A stretch of DNA of 64,000 nucleotides, taken from Rhynchobatus australiae (taxonomy: Eukaryota). The position numbers and the translations under genes are program-made. The notes beneath the pieces were generated by a model. That model did no database searches. It saw only the letters and a program-made list of their open reading frames with translations, and was not told the origin of the DNA. Positions within the stretch are counted from its first letter, which is position 1. Each line of letters starts with the position of its first letter. The stretch covers positions 12,661,165-12,725,164 of the forward strand of contig JAUZTB010000062.1 in NCBI GenBank assembly GCA_034780895.1. Reading direction: 5' to 3'. Below are positions 25,119 through 38,503 of the stretch, piece by piece.

Positions 25119-26227
25119 TATTGATTATTGGCAATCAGTCTTTGCCTTTCCAGAGGCAAATAAATCCTGCTATCTGCACAAGATATTCAAGAAGCAAAAA
25201 ACATAATTTCAATGTCATTTATTTTTTGCTTGGCATTTTACTAACAAAACAGAACACTTTATTGGCACCAAATTGTTACTCAAAGCAAAACAACCAAACT
25301 GTTGTAACAATTTACAGCATTTAAATTGAATATGTACTTCAGTGAACATCTCAGATTAATTTATTTTATTCTCAAGGATGCGATAACTATACTAATCCTC
25401 ATCATGTAATTGGAACCATGAATTTAACTATGTAAATTTCAATTCCTGAGATTGATTAATCAGTTTTTTCTTTCAAATACTTTGAAACACTGTGTTTTCT
25501 TATTTAACAACAGAGTATAGATGAATTGGATGAATTGAGGGAGACTTGTTGGTTAGCATCCTGCTTGCAAGGCACTTAGGAGCAAAAAAGATGGAAAACA
25601 ATTCTCAATTAATCAAATATGTCACACGCAAAACAATACCTACTGCACCTGTCTCTGTGTTGCCCCATCATTATAACCCAAAAAAACAAGCAGGGGTGCA
25701 AAACCATTTATTTTGAAATGGTAAAAGATGTGATGTATTGGACTTGCATGAAATAATCCATACTGCTCTTTTATTTTAATATATTAACAATGGAATAACA
25801 TTAATGATTCTAATCAGCAATTAGTTGTGCTACAGCTCCTCTGAATAAATATAATGTTCATGTGTTGCCGGTATCACATGGCATTTTCAATGGCTTTTAT
25901 ATTATTTAATAAACAGAGAGAATATTTGAAAGTGTTCAATCCAATGCACTTACACTGGCCTGAGAGATAAAGGACCAAATCATGCTCAATTTGGCCTACG
26001 TCTCCCTGCTTTCTCCCTCCTCACTCTGCCCATGCCTGAACTAACCTGGTTTGGGTGTTTGGCTCCAATCACCTCAGGCCTCCCGATCCCAGAATTGAGC
26101 AGCTATGAGTCAACATCGGCTTCCCTGCTGGTAGACCCCGACAAAGCTCTACAGGAAGGATTCTTAGTTCCTGTCAAAGTTTGATAAAAGTTTGTATACA
26201 TCTCTGATATAAAAGAACATAATTCAG

Positions 26228-26318
26228 AGGAGACATAAGAGACTGCAGATGCTGGAATCTGGGGCAACAAATAATCTGTTGGCGGAACTCAGTGGGTTGT
26301 GGGTTGAGCATTATCTGT
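26228..26318 (-). mobile_element. Penelope-type terminal fragment
   Basis: GAGACATAAGAGACTGCAGATGCTGGAATCTGGGGCAAC...GGAACTCAG. Confidence 0.65.
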
Positions 26319-27008
26319 AAGTCTGTCTTCATCCAGGCTTACAATAAGGCTGTGTAAATCCAGGATCTATTTAACTGTTACCAGCTACATGCTGTTGGTT
26401 TCTTTCAGAATGTCTGCTCACAGTCAATTTAAATGGGCTCATGATGAAATCCCCCCTCATTTTTGATACTGATAAACCATATAGTCTATTTTTGAAAATT
26501 CTGGCAGCCTGTTAAACTTAAAAAGCAACGTCTCAGCCTGTTGAAACATTTTCCACATAAAATATGTTACATTTCTCCTTTCATATAAATTATTCCACTG
26601 TATTATGTCATCGGCTAAACACACATTGGCTGTGATTCAATCTCTAGGATAATCTCCAGAAACTTTACAGAACAGGTATATAAATAAGGCAACATTAAGA
26701 AAAATCATTCAATATTTTGATGCAAACAATAATTTTAGCAGTGAGATGTTAAACAGTACTTGAACTGTAAACTGCCGATAGGGAGATTGTTATGACTTGG
26801 CTTTTAGCTAAGAAAGTTCTATTGGATTTAATTCCCTTGGTACTGCTTCAAGTATTTTGTATAATTATTACTGTAGAATCAGCAATAATGTTATTCTGTT
26901 GCTCCTCATTTGGTTTATTGTTGAATACAGTGACTACTTACCACACACAACTATTTAATAGTCACTGCCCAACAAATAGAATGAGACTGCAAGTAGACTA
27001 AAAGCCTC

Positions 27009-27200
27009 AAACAATCCACTGGAGGAACTCAACAGGTCAAGCAGCATCTGTGGGAGGAAAGGATGCCTGATCCAGATGCAGGGTTTTGACCTGAAATGTT
27101 GACAATTCCTTTCCTCCCAGAGATGCTGTTCGACCTGCTGAGTTCCTCTGGCAGATTGTTTGTAGCTCCAGATTCCAGCGACTGCAGTCCCTTACGTCTC
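27009..27200. mobile_element. Inverted pair of Penelope-type termini forming a fold-back
   Basis: 27009-27063 is the reverse complement of 27107-27161; the loop contains CAGATGCAGGGTTTTGACCTGAAATGTTGAC. Confidence 0.8.
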
Positions 27201-27314
27201 CAGATTGAAAGCCCCAATTTGGTTAATCCAAAGTGGCTGGCCTGGGGCAGTAACAACAAACCGCGGCCTGCCAGTGCACCCGTAATTATTTCTGTACCAT
27301 TATGGTAACATGGG

Positions 27315-27485
27315 GGTTAGAGTTGGTGGACTCTTGATCCAGAGGCATGTGTTCAAACCCCACCATGGTTGACAGGAATTTTAATTCAAGTAATTCATGA
27401 ATTTGAACGATAAAAGCAAATATCAAAAATGGTGACCATAAAATTAAAGGACTTTTGTTTGAACATCTAATTCCCTAAAGGCCTT
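27315..27485 (+). mobile_element. Decayed tRNA-derived SINE
   Basis: TGGACTCTTGATCCAGAGG, B-box-like GTTCAAACCCCACCATGG, then AATGGTGACCATAAAA. Confidence 0.55.
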
Positions 27486-29559
27486 GGGTTTGATCAGAAA
27501 TGTGACGAGTGCAGTCAGGTGCCACCACTGGCCTCAATTTGTCCAAAGACCAATGAAGGGAAAAAGAAATAACTGCAGCTGGAGCACTCACTTCTGATTA
27601 CTGGTTGGTTGCCACTATGGGAACATGCACAGGCACAAGTGTTAAGACAAGATTCAAATCACCACGGTGACTTGCTCATCAGCTCTCACCACCTCCCCTC
27701 ACACAAAAGGAATGGCCCTGTGGGCATCATAAATCTTCACAACTACATCATGCGAGCTAATGTATTTTGGAAAGGAATGGAGAAAATAAGGAAAAATATT
27801 GCTGTCCGACACGCAGATCATATAAAATTTGATGCATGCAAGGATCTTGATCCAGACGTAAAATCGCTGAGATTAGAAGCAGCAAATATCCACTGCCTTA
27901 AAAGAAGGATAAATAATGTATGAAAACTTACATACAGGTGTAAAACTTGGTCACACTAGTCAACTGCTGCTGCCATTTATCACTTGACTGTAGACTACTG
28001 AGGATTCCATCCATTCTTCACAGGATGTTTAGGGTTGAAAATCAAACAGTTATCAATGTTCCCACAGGGAAACACTTCATCAAACAGCACAGCTCCTTTC
28101 CCACTGCCAAAACATGACTTTTGCCTTCTGTTTTCTGCACAAAGTGATCTGTGCTAAACTTTTGTCAGGATTCTCAATATGATTTGTAATACATAGTCTG
28201 AAATATACTTGGAATGAAACAATAAATGTGTTTCAGATGTATCAAAATTATAGCGCTCCATGGGCTTTCTAAATTTGTCGGAGTTTAACATAACCCTAAA
28301 CCAACAAAGATGCATCAACAAATTGCAAACTTTCTGTCTTTGTCAATAGGTCTAAACTGTCATAAAAAGGAAAAGTCATCACCATGGTTCAAAAGAAATT
28401 GGATTCATGCTTTGCTTTTAACATTAAAGAAATGTCATTAATTTGGTATAGCTTCCAGCACAATCAGCTCAATTCAAATTAATTTTTAATGCCTAGTAAG
28501 TGGAGTTCACCCCTTTTTGGTGCAGTCAATAATTGCTAGATTATATTATCAGATGGGCACCCGATGCTGCACAAAAAACAGAAATGTCATCATTAGTCAT
28601 GCCCGATGTGCCCAATCCAATTAACCAATGGTCATTAATCGACCAAATAATTATCACTAATGTGATAATACAAAAATGTGTGCAATTGGGTCCAGTTTCT
28701 ATGTATATATTTTTTTAAATGTTCTCAATTACAAACTTCTCTGCTAGTAAAAACACAATCTAAGTTTGCATCTGCTTCCCACTGTTTTCTGAAAATAGAT
28801 GTTTTGAAAGGAAAATTAAACAGATAAGTTATACAAATATTTAATTACTGTTCTGTGTCTGTCATACATGTGGAACTGAGAAACAACATGATTTCCACGA
28901 GATTCCAGCATCAGTGTATACATGCCCTTTGAACCTGACACAACTATTACTAAAACCGAATGATAAGAAGAGCATTAGTCTTTTTTACCAAGTTATTAGC
29001 TAATCCAGTTTACTGAAACAGTCTACATTTCAGAAGAAATCACAGTCAGGTGTCAATTATCCTGATAATTACGCAATGCAGTCACACATAATCAGCCTGG
29101 TGTTTGCTGAAATGGAACATTGAGGAGATGAATTGAAATAAGAAGTAAGTCAAAGAAAAGGGAAATGTGTGCAATGATTAAATTACATACAATGTTGCTT
29201 TAGTATAAGTTTTTTTGCACTTTACAGGTTAGTTAATGAAACTGATCATCAGGAATAAACTAAAGACTTATCAATAGGATAATAATATAGTAAATAGCAG
29301 CCAATGTGATTCATTTGTTTAGTGCATATGCTTCTACCTGTCGAATATGCCTAACTTTTTTTTTGGAGAACTGAGACTCCTCAGATTATTGTGAAAAGCT
29401 AACTAAATAGGGCAACAGGATTTCAAAAGGACAATTAGCAAAATTCTACATAATTGTGAGCTTAAAGCAGCAAAATCTAAGAAAGAGCCAGAATTTGGAA
29501 GTAGTATTTACCAATTAAAGGAGTTCCAATGGGAAGCAGGATGAGGGAAAGTGAGAGTA

Positions 29560-29674
29560 GCTATATTTGACCAAATGTGGGATCAAGCATTCTGGTAATG
29601 GCATCCACAGCATCGTGTCTCTCATGGACAAGGTCATACCTTGAAGGATGATGGTTGTGTTCATTGCAGGATAA
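29560..29674 (+). mobile_element. Short CR1-like RT remnant
   Basis: TTTGACCAAATGTGGGATCAA (FD.VWH-like) and GTCATACC...GATGGTTGTG (SYL...MVV). Confidence 0.4.
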
Positions 29675-31011
29675 TCCTTAGAGACAGTAAACAAAAATGA
29701 CTCTGAAAAAATTTAATTTCAGAAAGAGGTATCATGTAGGTGCCAGAAAGTGACTGTCTCTGGTCAGAAAGATGAAATCTTGTGGTTTCTGAGTTGCTTT
29801 GCTTTTCTCCTTGGTTCTTTTTCTTCATGCTGTGTAGCATTGGAGGGATCTTACATTCTGGCAGTATAAATTGAATAGGCCAAATGGCCTTTGCCATCCT
29901 GTGGTAGTTATAACTAAGATTACTGCTAACCTGAAACACAGGCAGAAATGCAAATCAATCCTCATGTCAAAATCATATTTAAATAAATTTAGCCTTTTCA
30001 GAAAATATGATGCAAAAATATACACCTTAAATATTAAGTATGATTCTAAGATTGGAGCATATCCAAAGAGTTAAAATTGATTTTCAGGAGAATTACTTTG
30101 AGTTTGACACTGATCATTCCGATTGTTAAATCGTCCAACACAAGTTTAGAACAAAATCGATGCACCAAGAATGCTGGAAATAAGAAATTCATGAAAAAAA
30201 AACAGAAAGTGCTGGAAATATCCAGCAGGTCAGCATCTGTGGAGGGAGAAACAGGTAACTGATCCAAAACACTGACATAATTTCTCTCTCATGAGATGTT
30301 ACTGACATGTTTGACTACATCCTCCTCTAATAATTATGTAACTTGCATTAGACATCTATCAATGCTGGTTTTATGCAGTTTAAAAAAAAATCACTTTTAC
30401 ATTCTGTGAAAGCCTGAAATAGACAGGGATATCTTGGTGTAAAAGGAACAAAAATGATTTACTTGTCATTTCACAGCTGCCTTAGGGTTATAGGAAAAAC
30501 TGGTGAAGAGTTGGATTGTTGCCTTAAAGGCACAACATTACTTTGGCAAACCAGAATCTGGTTTTTAAGCATTTGAGTATCAAGCATGTTGCAACCTGTA
30601 TCCAATCTACACACATTCAGCCACATAGTTTCATTTAATAACTACATATATCAAAGCTTCAAAGATTCGCTCTGCCACCTTATTCATCACATTAAACTGT
30701 AAGAGTACTAAATTGCTTTTTATGTACAGTTCTACAAATCAAGGTGCAGCACCAGTTAGACCTATAGCAAACTATAGTTTTTTTGTTGGTTCATACAAGT
30801 TGTAAATCTCTTGCTAACATAACTCAACATTCTCACAAATGTTTCNNNNNNNNNNNNNNNNNNNNNNNNNNNNNNNNNNNNNNNNNNNNNNNNNNNNNNN
30901 NNNNNNNNNNNNNNNNNNNNNNNNNNNNNNNNNNNNNNNNNNNNNCTCACAAATGTTTCAGTCTTTCTAAAATTAAATTTTTTCAAAGTCATTTTTTACT
31001 GTCTCTGAGGA
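29675..31011. mobile_element. Putative old non-autonomous DNA transposon defined by ~50-bp inverted repeats
   Basis: TCCTTAGAGACAGTAAACAAAAATGACTCTGAAAAAATTTAATTTCAGAAAGA (29675-29727) versus reverse complement of 30962-31011. Confidence 0.55.
30195..30322. mobile_element. Decayed inverted pair of Penelope-type termini
   Basis: AAACAGAAAGTGCTGGAAATATCCAGCAGGTCAGCATCTGTGGAG followed by CCAAAACACTGAC...TCTCTCTCATGAGATGTT. Confidence 0.55.
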
Positions 31012-31284
31012 AAGGATGGCAGTTACTCGGACTCTACAGGCTTTTCTTTCCCCCTTCCAGAGAATTTTCTTCTGCTTTTCAAAAACTACACAAATACTTC
31101 TAAAAAAATGTCCAAGTCTCTCACCATCTTGTCTCAAAATAATAACTGTTTGAAACTTAAATGATCAAAATATAGCTAATGCTGATCAGATTTAGCAATA
31201 CAATAAAGGATATCTGATCTTTGTAAAATATTTTACACTCTTTCAAAATATCTAGTTATTGTTTTGGTAGCAAAGGATGTGAAG

Positions 31285-31390
31285 TTATTTTGTATTCAGT
31301 TATTTTTCTCTAAATACCTCAATGTACATGTTTTGAAATGATTTACATGGATGGCATGCAAAAATTGGTCCACATTTTTCGGTGTCTCAC
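31285..31390 (+). mobile_element. Rex1/Babar 3' UTR fragment
   Basis: Homologous to 32166-32270: TATTTTGTATTCAGTTATT...CCTCAATGTAC...TTTGAAATGAT...TGGATGGCATGCAAAA. Confidence 0.75.
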
Positions 31391-31539
31391 CTTCAATGCA
31401 GAACGTCCAGTTCCAAGCCCAGGAACCTTGGTATCCCCTTTGGTTTCCAATCCATCCTGATACCTGCCACTATGTCTGCCAGCCCATGCCACATCTTCAG
31501 TGGGTGAATGTGTAGAGTCACATATACTGTTCCACAAAT

Positions 31540-32303
31540 GTTGCAAAACAGAAGAGTTGGTCAGTGCCTTCAGGAAGCAGAACGGAGAATGAGCCCCTGT
31601 ATATATCAATGGTGCGGAGGTGGAGATGGTTGAGAACTTCAAGTTCCTTGGTGTAAATATACACAATAGCTTGTCCTGGTCCAAACACATAGATGCGATG
31701 ACTAAGAAAGCGCATCAGGGCCCCCACTTCCTCAGAAGGCTAAGGGAACTCATCATGTCCCCATTGACCTTCACTAATTTTTACTGTTGCACCATACAGC
31801 TTGTTATAGCAACTGCTCTGCCCAAGATTGCAAGAAATTGCAGAGAGTTGTGGACACAGCTCAGTCCATCACAAAAGCCAGTCTCCCCTCCACGGAATCT
31901 GTCTACACTTCTCACTGCCTCAGAAAAGACTCCTCCCAACCCAGTCATTCTTTCTTCTCCCCCATTTCCTTCAGGCAGAAGATACAAAAGGCTGAAAACA
32001 CACACCTCTAGGCTCAAGGACAGTTTCTATCTTGCTGTTATAAGACTCTTGAACAAACCTCTCGTACATTAAAGGTGAACTCTTGACCTCACAAACTACT
32101 TCATCATGGCCCTTGCCATGTTCCACCAGCACTGCACATCCTCTGTAACTGTAACTATAACATTATATTTTGTATTCAGTTATTGTTTTTCTCTTGTACA
32201 ACCTCAATGTACTCATGTTTTGAAATGATCTGTATGGATGGCATGCAAAACTAAGTTTTTCACTGTGTCTCGGTACGTGACAATAATAAACCAATTCCAA
32301 TTC
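31540..32303 (+). mobile_element. Rex1/Babar-type LINE 3' fragment
   Basis: ORF 31620: VENFKFLGVNIHNSLSWSKHIDAMTKKAHQGPHFLRRLRE...PSGRRY..LKTHTSRLKDSFY; ends AATAAACCAATTCCAATTC. Confidence 0.9.
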
Positions 32304-33199
32304 TAAACAGTGCTTGAGTGCTAAGTCCATAGGTTTCTGCATCCCTTGGCAAGTTTAAAGAATGCTAATCAGCAATTAGCATCAATATTAGGTGCTAAAA
32401 AACATACCTTCAAAGAGATATGTCACGTTACCACAGCACTTACTTAAGTGCCCACTTATAGCCTCTGGCCAAAATAATCCCCACTGGTTTTACACTCAGA
32501 TTTGTGTGCGCCTGTCTACACATGCCAACAGAAGGAAAAGTTATCTACAAAGTACAAGGTCAAATTAAGTAGCTCTCCATTGTGATTATTCTGAAGTTTA
32601 GAATGCTTCAGCATTATACCACAGACAAATATAGTCTAATACACAATTTATCACTAAAAATCTCATTACTTTTTGTAACTTTTTCCATTTCTGCAAACGG
32701 TAATATTATAACCAATTTAGCTGATATATCAGTTTCCTGCTGATGATATAATGCAACTGATTAAAAATTTCAAAGCAATTCATCATTTAATGAAATAATT
32801 ATATTCAAGGAATGTATTCACCCATATTCGAGTCCTCCCAATCACAAGGAAAAACACTACTCCTATTTACCAGACTTAAGCAAACGTATCATCATTTGCA
32901 AGACTGTGGCTCCCACTTTGCATGGAATAGTCAGGAGTTCTTAGTGTAACTTTTGACATTTCTTCCCGTGCCAGTCTGCAGCTTCAGGATTCCCATGCAA
33001 ATAAGTAAATCCCAAAGCTTTGATCGGTTATTCACAGCAGCTTTACTGACCACAGTCCAATGTTGGACTCCACTTAGAGTACAGCAAGGGACAGAATGGA
33101 AGATTGCTGCAATTCCTGACCAGTTATGATGAAAACCCCTCAAACAATCTGCGCAGAGATAGTCCCCCCATTGATTTCAGTGGAGCAAAGACACCCCAG

Positions 33200-33655
33200 T
33201 AATGAAAGGGTTAACATATAAGGAGCATTTGATGGCTCTGGGCCTGTACTTGATGGATGACGGGGGATCTCATTGAAACCTACTGAATATTGAAAGGCCT
33301 GGATAGAGTGGACATGGAGAGGATGATTCCAGTAGTGGGNNNNNNNNNNNNNNNNNNNNNNNNNNNNNNNNNNNNNNNNNNNNNNNNNNNNNNNNNNNNN
33401 NNNNNNNNNNNNNNNNNNNNNNNNNNNNNNNNNNNNNNNNNNNNNNNNNNNNNNNNNNNNNNNNNNNNNNNNNNNNNNNNNGGCCAAGTCAGTGGGTACA
33501 TTTAAAGCAGAGGTTGATAGGCTCTTGATTAGTAAGGTTAATGGGGAGGAGGCAAAAGAATGGGATTGGGGGCGGGGGGGGGGAAAATCGGCCATGATCG
33601 GATGGCACAGACTCAATGGGCCAAATAGCCTAATTCTGCTCCTGTGTCTTATATG
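33200..33655 (+). mobile_element. CR1 LINE 3' fragment spanning gap 33340-33481
   Basis: GDLIETY-like stretch then LKGLDRVDMERM; 3' end GACTCAATGGGCCAAATAGCCTAATTCTGCTCCTGTGTCTTAT. Confidence 0.85.
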
Positions 33656-34157
33656 AAGCATTAATATAAACAACAGTACTTTCAGAATTTTTTTAATTGA
33701 TTGACTTTGATTAAGTGTTTTACACATTTCATTTTTTTTAATGATTTAGTATATTATTAACTGAAACTTTCGAAAGATGATGTCATTTTTGATTGTTAGT
33801 TAAACCATGGTTGGGCGGGGGTGGAAGCGGATTTGCTGATCTTAAAGTTTATACAGCTGCTCTATAGATGTAGCTTGGGCTAGTTCCACAACTCCAACCA
33901 CAGTGCTACATGGTAAAAGGGAACCTTTCTGAGGGTACTTGCTCTGATTTAAGCAATATCTATGGTCTCTGAGTCCATCCTGTTATCCACAACCTAGGAA
34001 GGAAACATGAGTGATGTTGATGCATGGAAAGAAAATGAATTGATGGCAAGGATCACAGAGGAAGATGTACTGACCGCACTTATTATGTATGTTAAGAACA
34101 AAGTATACTTTGGGGGAAAAGAAAAACTACTGAATATACAAAAACTTTACCCAAAGC

Positions 34158-34392
34158 ATTGCATTTATGTAGCACCATCCACCACCTGGTAATGCCTTAA
34201 TGAGCTGCAGCCAACTTTATGTCCACCTGAGGGAGCAGCTGGAGCCTTAGTTTAATGTCTCATCGGAAAGAGATCACCTCAGTTGGTGCCGCACTGGCAT
34301 GTCAGCCGAGGTTTTGTGCTTGGGTCTTTGCAGCGGGACTTGAACCAACAATTTTCTAATTCAAACAAGAATGACGCAAATAGAACCACAGG
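34158..34392 (-). mobile_element. DeuSINE (SacSINE1/AmnSINE1-like)
   Basis: TTGCATTTATGTAGCACC...CCACCTGAG...GCCTTAGTTTAATGTCTCATCGGAAAGA...TGTCAGCC...GGGACTTGAACC, reverse complement of the Deu domain and tRNA-like head. Confidence 0.75.
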
Positions 34393-35024
34393 TGTCATCT
34401 CTCATAATGGCAATGACATAATAATCCTTCTATATTGGACCTATGGGTTACAATTCACGTGATAATACCTATGCTGATTAAATATATTCTGTTAGCCCTG
34501 TAGAATATTTATGATTTACAAATGCTCAAGATTTTCCTTCCCCTAATGCATTATTTTCCTCATGTTTTACATCCTGTTGATGCATTATCTCAGAACACAT
34601 GTTATAGCTATTTTACTTCAGCCTATAAAGCTTTTGAAATATCCACTCCGCCACACTACATAAGTTTGATTGGTTGACTGATTCTCCGTTTTGTTTTCTA
34701 TTTGTTTTCTATGTGGGCACATCTCATTTACAATGCTTTCCTCTGCACATCATGTGAAGAGTCACTGGAAAATAGCTGTGCAGAACACTACAGGCCATGA
34801 GAATTATATTCGTTTTATTGTAAATGTAGCCTTGTTGTTTGATCCTGGGGTATAGATATATAATGTGCTTCTGCTTCAACGGCACATTCTGATAAATACA
34901 CATTTTAGTTCTGTTTACGCAAGACTTCTATAATTTTGAAAATAGTGTTTCAGCTTCTGTACCACAATTCAGACCTTATTTTTAATGTAGTCATCCATAG
35001 ACACTGAGAATCATATCAAATCAC

Positions 35025-35322
35025 TGAGAATCACAGAGCTGAACAGCACAAAACAGGCCATTTGGCCCAACGTGTCAATGCCAACCTTTTTGTCCATCTA
35101 TACTAATGCCATTCTCCCACTTTGGGACTGTATCCTTCTATACATCGTCTAGTTAACTGTCTTTCTAAATAGCATCTGATTCCACCTCCTCCAGCAGCAT
35201 ATTCCAGATATCAACCACTCTGCGTAAAAAAACTTACTCCTAACATCCCTTTTAAATCTCTTACCTTTCATTTTAAAACTATGCTTTCTTGTCTTTGACA
35301 GCCTTACCAAGGGAAACAGACT
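35025..35322 (-). mobile_element. CR1-clade LINE 3' end fragment
   Basis: ACAGCACAAAACAGGCCATTTGGCCCAAC...ACCACTCTGCGTAAAAAAACTT; minus ORF contains SKTRKHSFKMKGKRFKRDVRSKFF. Confidence 0.85.
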
Positions 35323-38212
35323 TATGAAGGATATTTCAATTTTTTTTGCATATCTTGTCCTATTCTTGGCATTGTTATCACCTTGCCACAATAGTACATG
35401 TTTAAGGTAACCTGAATTCTTACTCTAAAGATTATTCCCAAAGGCAACAATTGCAATAGGCTAAGCAACACACGCATGTTAGTGGGTTTCACTTTTAAAG
35501 TTGTAAAGATGTTAAATGTTTCTGTTAAGGCAGTAGGAGTCAAATTAAGAAATTGTGTTCATTGGGGATACATATAAAGTGTGCTCATAAATCAAGTAAA
35601 ACACCAATTATTCTCAATCTTGCCATAATTTTAATCAAGTAATTAAAAATAGATGTGACTTACACATACTGCCTTTCATACAAAGAATATACTTGTCTTT
35701 GCCCACGTTATTTCAATAATTGCTAAACCAAAAGGGCATGTCCATGGATATAACAGCAAATAATATTAATCTTGGTATGAGTGTTATTGAACTCACATGA
35801 GGTCTGATAACTGGGGCCGTGGAAGACCAAGGGAATTGGTATAGAACTAATGCGGGATATCAGCAAGATATAGATGGAAGCTTAAGTGATGTCCAAGGAT
35901 ATTTCACTATATTGAAAAAGGGAAAGCAGGTAATATGGGTGTAGGAAGGCAAGCTATTAGTCAAGTTGCTCTCCCTATAACAAAATAAACAAAATGAAAA
36001 AAAAAGCCAGTTTCACTGAGCTAGACAAAGAAAAATGGCATCAAAAGAGGTAAGGAGTTGAAGTAAGATCAAAGATTTTATTTTGAAACACAGACACCCG
36101 TGTAGAACATACAACCGGTGAACTAAAACTGCAATGACTCCCACATCTCATTGTAGTTCCACCCAGCAAAACTCATTGTGGATGAATACTTGGTCCTGCA
36201 ATGATCTGCTCCCTGACAGTTAATGTTTAATTTCATGACAGCATAGCTAGAAATGTCATTTTTCTTGTAACATAAACAGCCAAATCGTTATAAGCTTCCA
36301 CATCTGTTGGATTCCATGGATACTTCTAAAGGGTAGCCCACACCTGAAGTTCACTGCATCCAGTGTACAGCACAAAAACTGTAAGATCACAGAGTGCAGG
36401 TGATCCCACTTGTTGCTTGAATTTGCTCAGAGATTAGTTTACTAACCCAAATCCAGAGCTTCACGACTGGTCAATTTTGAATCACAAACTATTGTTTTGG
36501 TAATAGGGTCATTAAGTGGCAATCTGAGATTAACATAAAATTTTATGGAGAATCAGTCTTGTTCTCAATGCAGTTTATTTCTGACACTGCACTTTAAAAC
36601 ACATGGGTTCTTATTAAGAAATTATATTATTTCCAACACAATCATGAATCACCAACACGTGTTATACATTGTGCATTTCTCAATGTATAACTGGCACTCT
36701 AAACAACAGATTTCTATCCTATTGCAGCCAGTGGCTGGTAATTACAATGTTGAAACAAATTAAAGCATAAATAAATTAGTTCAACTAAATGTTACCAAAT
36801 GACTTGGATCAATATAAATTCATATTTTTCACCATAAAAGCACTATTAAAAGAGTAAATATCTTCTGCAAACTTTATGTCTTAAAATAAACCAAAACAGT
36901 ATGAAGTTCTGCTGAGGCAAGAAAAATGAAAGTGATTTGACCAAATTAACTTTTGCGTTTGTATTTTCAGATCCCATGCAGAGAAAAGTTATACCAGACT
37001 TGACATTTCAGCACATACTTAGGACTAATTTATCCAAAAGATGTCACAGCTGAACATTTCTGAGTGGAATCTAACTCTAATGGAAGCACCGTATACATGA
37101 TTTAGCAGTTTGCTCACATCGTTTGTTCTGAATTTTGACGAAGTAGCTTGAACTCGAACTGAGAAGTTTCCCAAGCCCTCCGCCAAGCTGCAGGTCCAAC
37201 AAGCAAACACCAACACCAGCCACTGACTTGCTCAAAATTCTGAGAACGTTACCAGCATGGGAGACAAATTTTCATAGCTTGGTGCAAAAAAACCCAATCA
37301 GCTCCAAATAGGCTTTAGAAGAAGTGATTCAACAAAAGAAATGTGAATAATTTCCAAGAAATGGCCTCACTGATTAATCTACAAAAACTTTTTTTATTTG
37401 TTACATTTCTTCTCTGCAACTGCTTTATAAAATTCTACTGCTAAGCCTTACTATTGCCAATAGTCTAACTTTCATTAATAAAATAAATACAGTTTTAAAC
37501 ACAGATTGATTTGCTAAATACTTTATTTCTGACTTACTTAGATCATATACTTCTGTGAAAATTTACGGCAGTGATAAATATTATAAAAGAATTACAAAAT
37601 ACAAGCTATAGATTAATCCTTTATTTTTCTAATCAAATAGCCATCGTTTTCCTCCTTGGTCTTGTTGAACACTGCAACACCTCAAGAGCATGTTGAGTGA
37701 TTTACCGAGATGTTTTCATTTTTCTGAAGAACCATTTTTCAAAACAGTAATCAACATTATGAAGGTTGAAATAAAAATTATGTGTGTTATGATAGCCACT
37801 GCATTCTACAGTGTCACTTTTAACAATTTACAGTATTTGAAATTTTCGGTACAATCTATTTTTAACTCTCAATTTTTCCTTCAGACTCACACTATTGTAT
37901 CATATCACTACACAAATGTTTACTTTTATGTGTAGATGGTTGCTTGCAGTACATACTTCTCCACTGTATGCTCCAATACCATTCTCTAGTGAATCAACAT
38001 GAGGTGTATTTATATGAATTAGGACTGCTCCCGCTAGCTTCCGCCTCCTCGGCCCTCTCCCAAAATAAAACGCTTCATCTAGCAGCCAAAAAATCAAGCC
38101 TGAATTGACTGTCAACACCACGTTTGAACCCAAGCAGTCCCTGGCTCCAGTGTATTTCTTTTAAACTACAAGTTTTTAGTAGGCCCAGCTTTAAACCTAT
38201 CTGCAATTCCAA

Positions 38213-38503
38213 AGAGTCATAAAGTCAGGAAAAAAAGGCCCTTCAGCCCATTGAGCCCATGCTGAGCACAAATACACATTTGCACAAATCCTGCACTAAT
38301 CACACATTGCCATCAATTCCTTCCAGAGCCTACCACTCATCTACACACTAGGGGCAATTAACTTACTAACCTGCACATCTTCAGGATGGGAGAGGAAATC
38401 GGAGGAGCTGGGAGAACCTCACACAGTCACACGGAGAACGTGTGAGCTCCACACAGACAAGACCAAACACAGAGCGGCACAATTTCAGGATATGCCATGC
38501 CAC
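38213..38503 (-). mobile_element. HE1/V-SINE-type SINE
   Basis: GGCCCTTCAGCCCA tail...CACACTAGGGGCAATT...ACCTGCACATCTT...GAGGAAATCGGAG...GGAGAACGTGTGAGCTCCACACAGAC. Confidence 0.8.
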
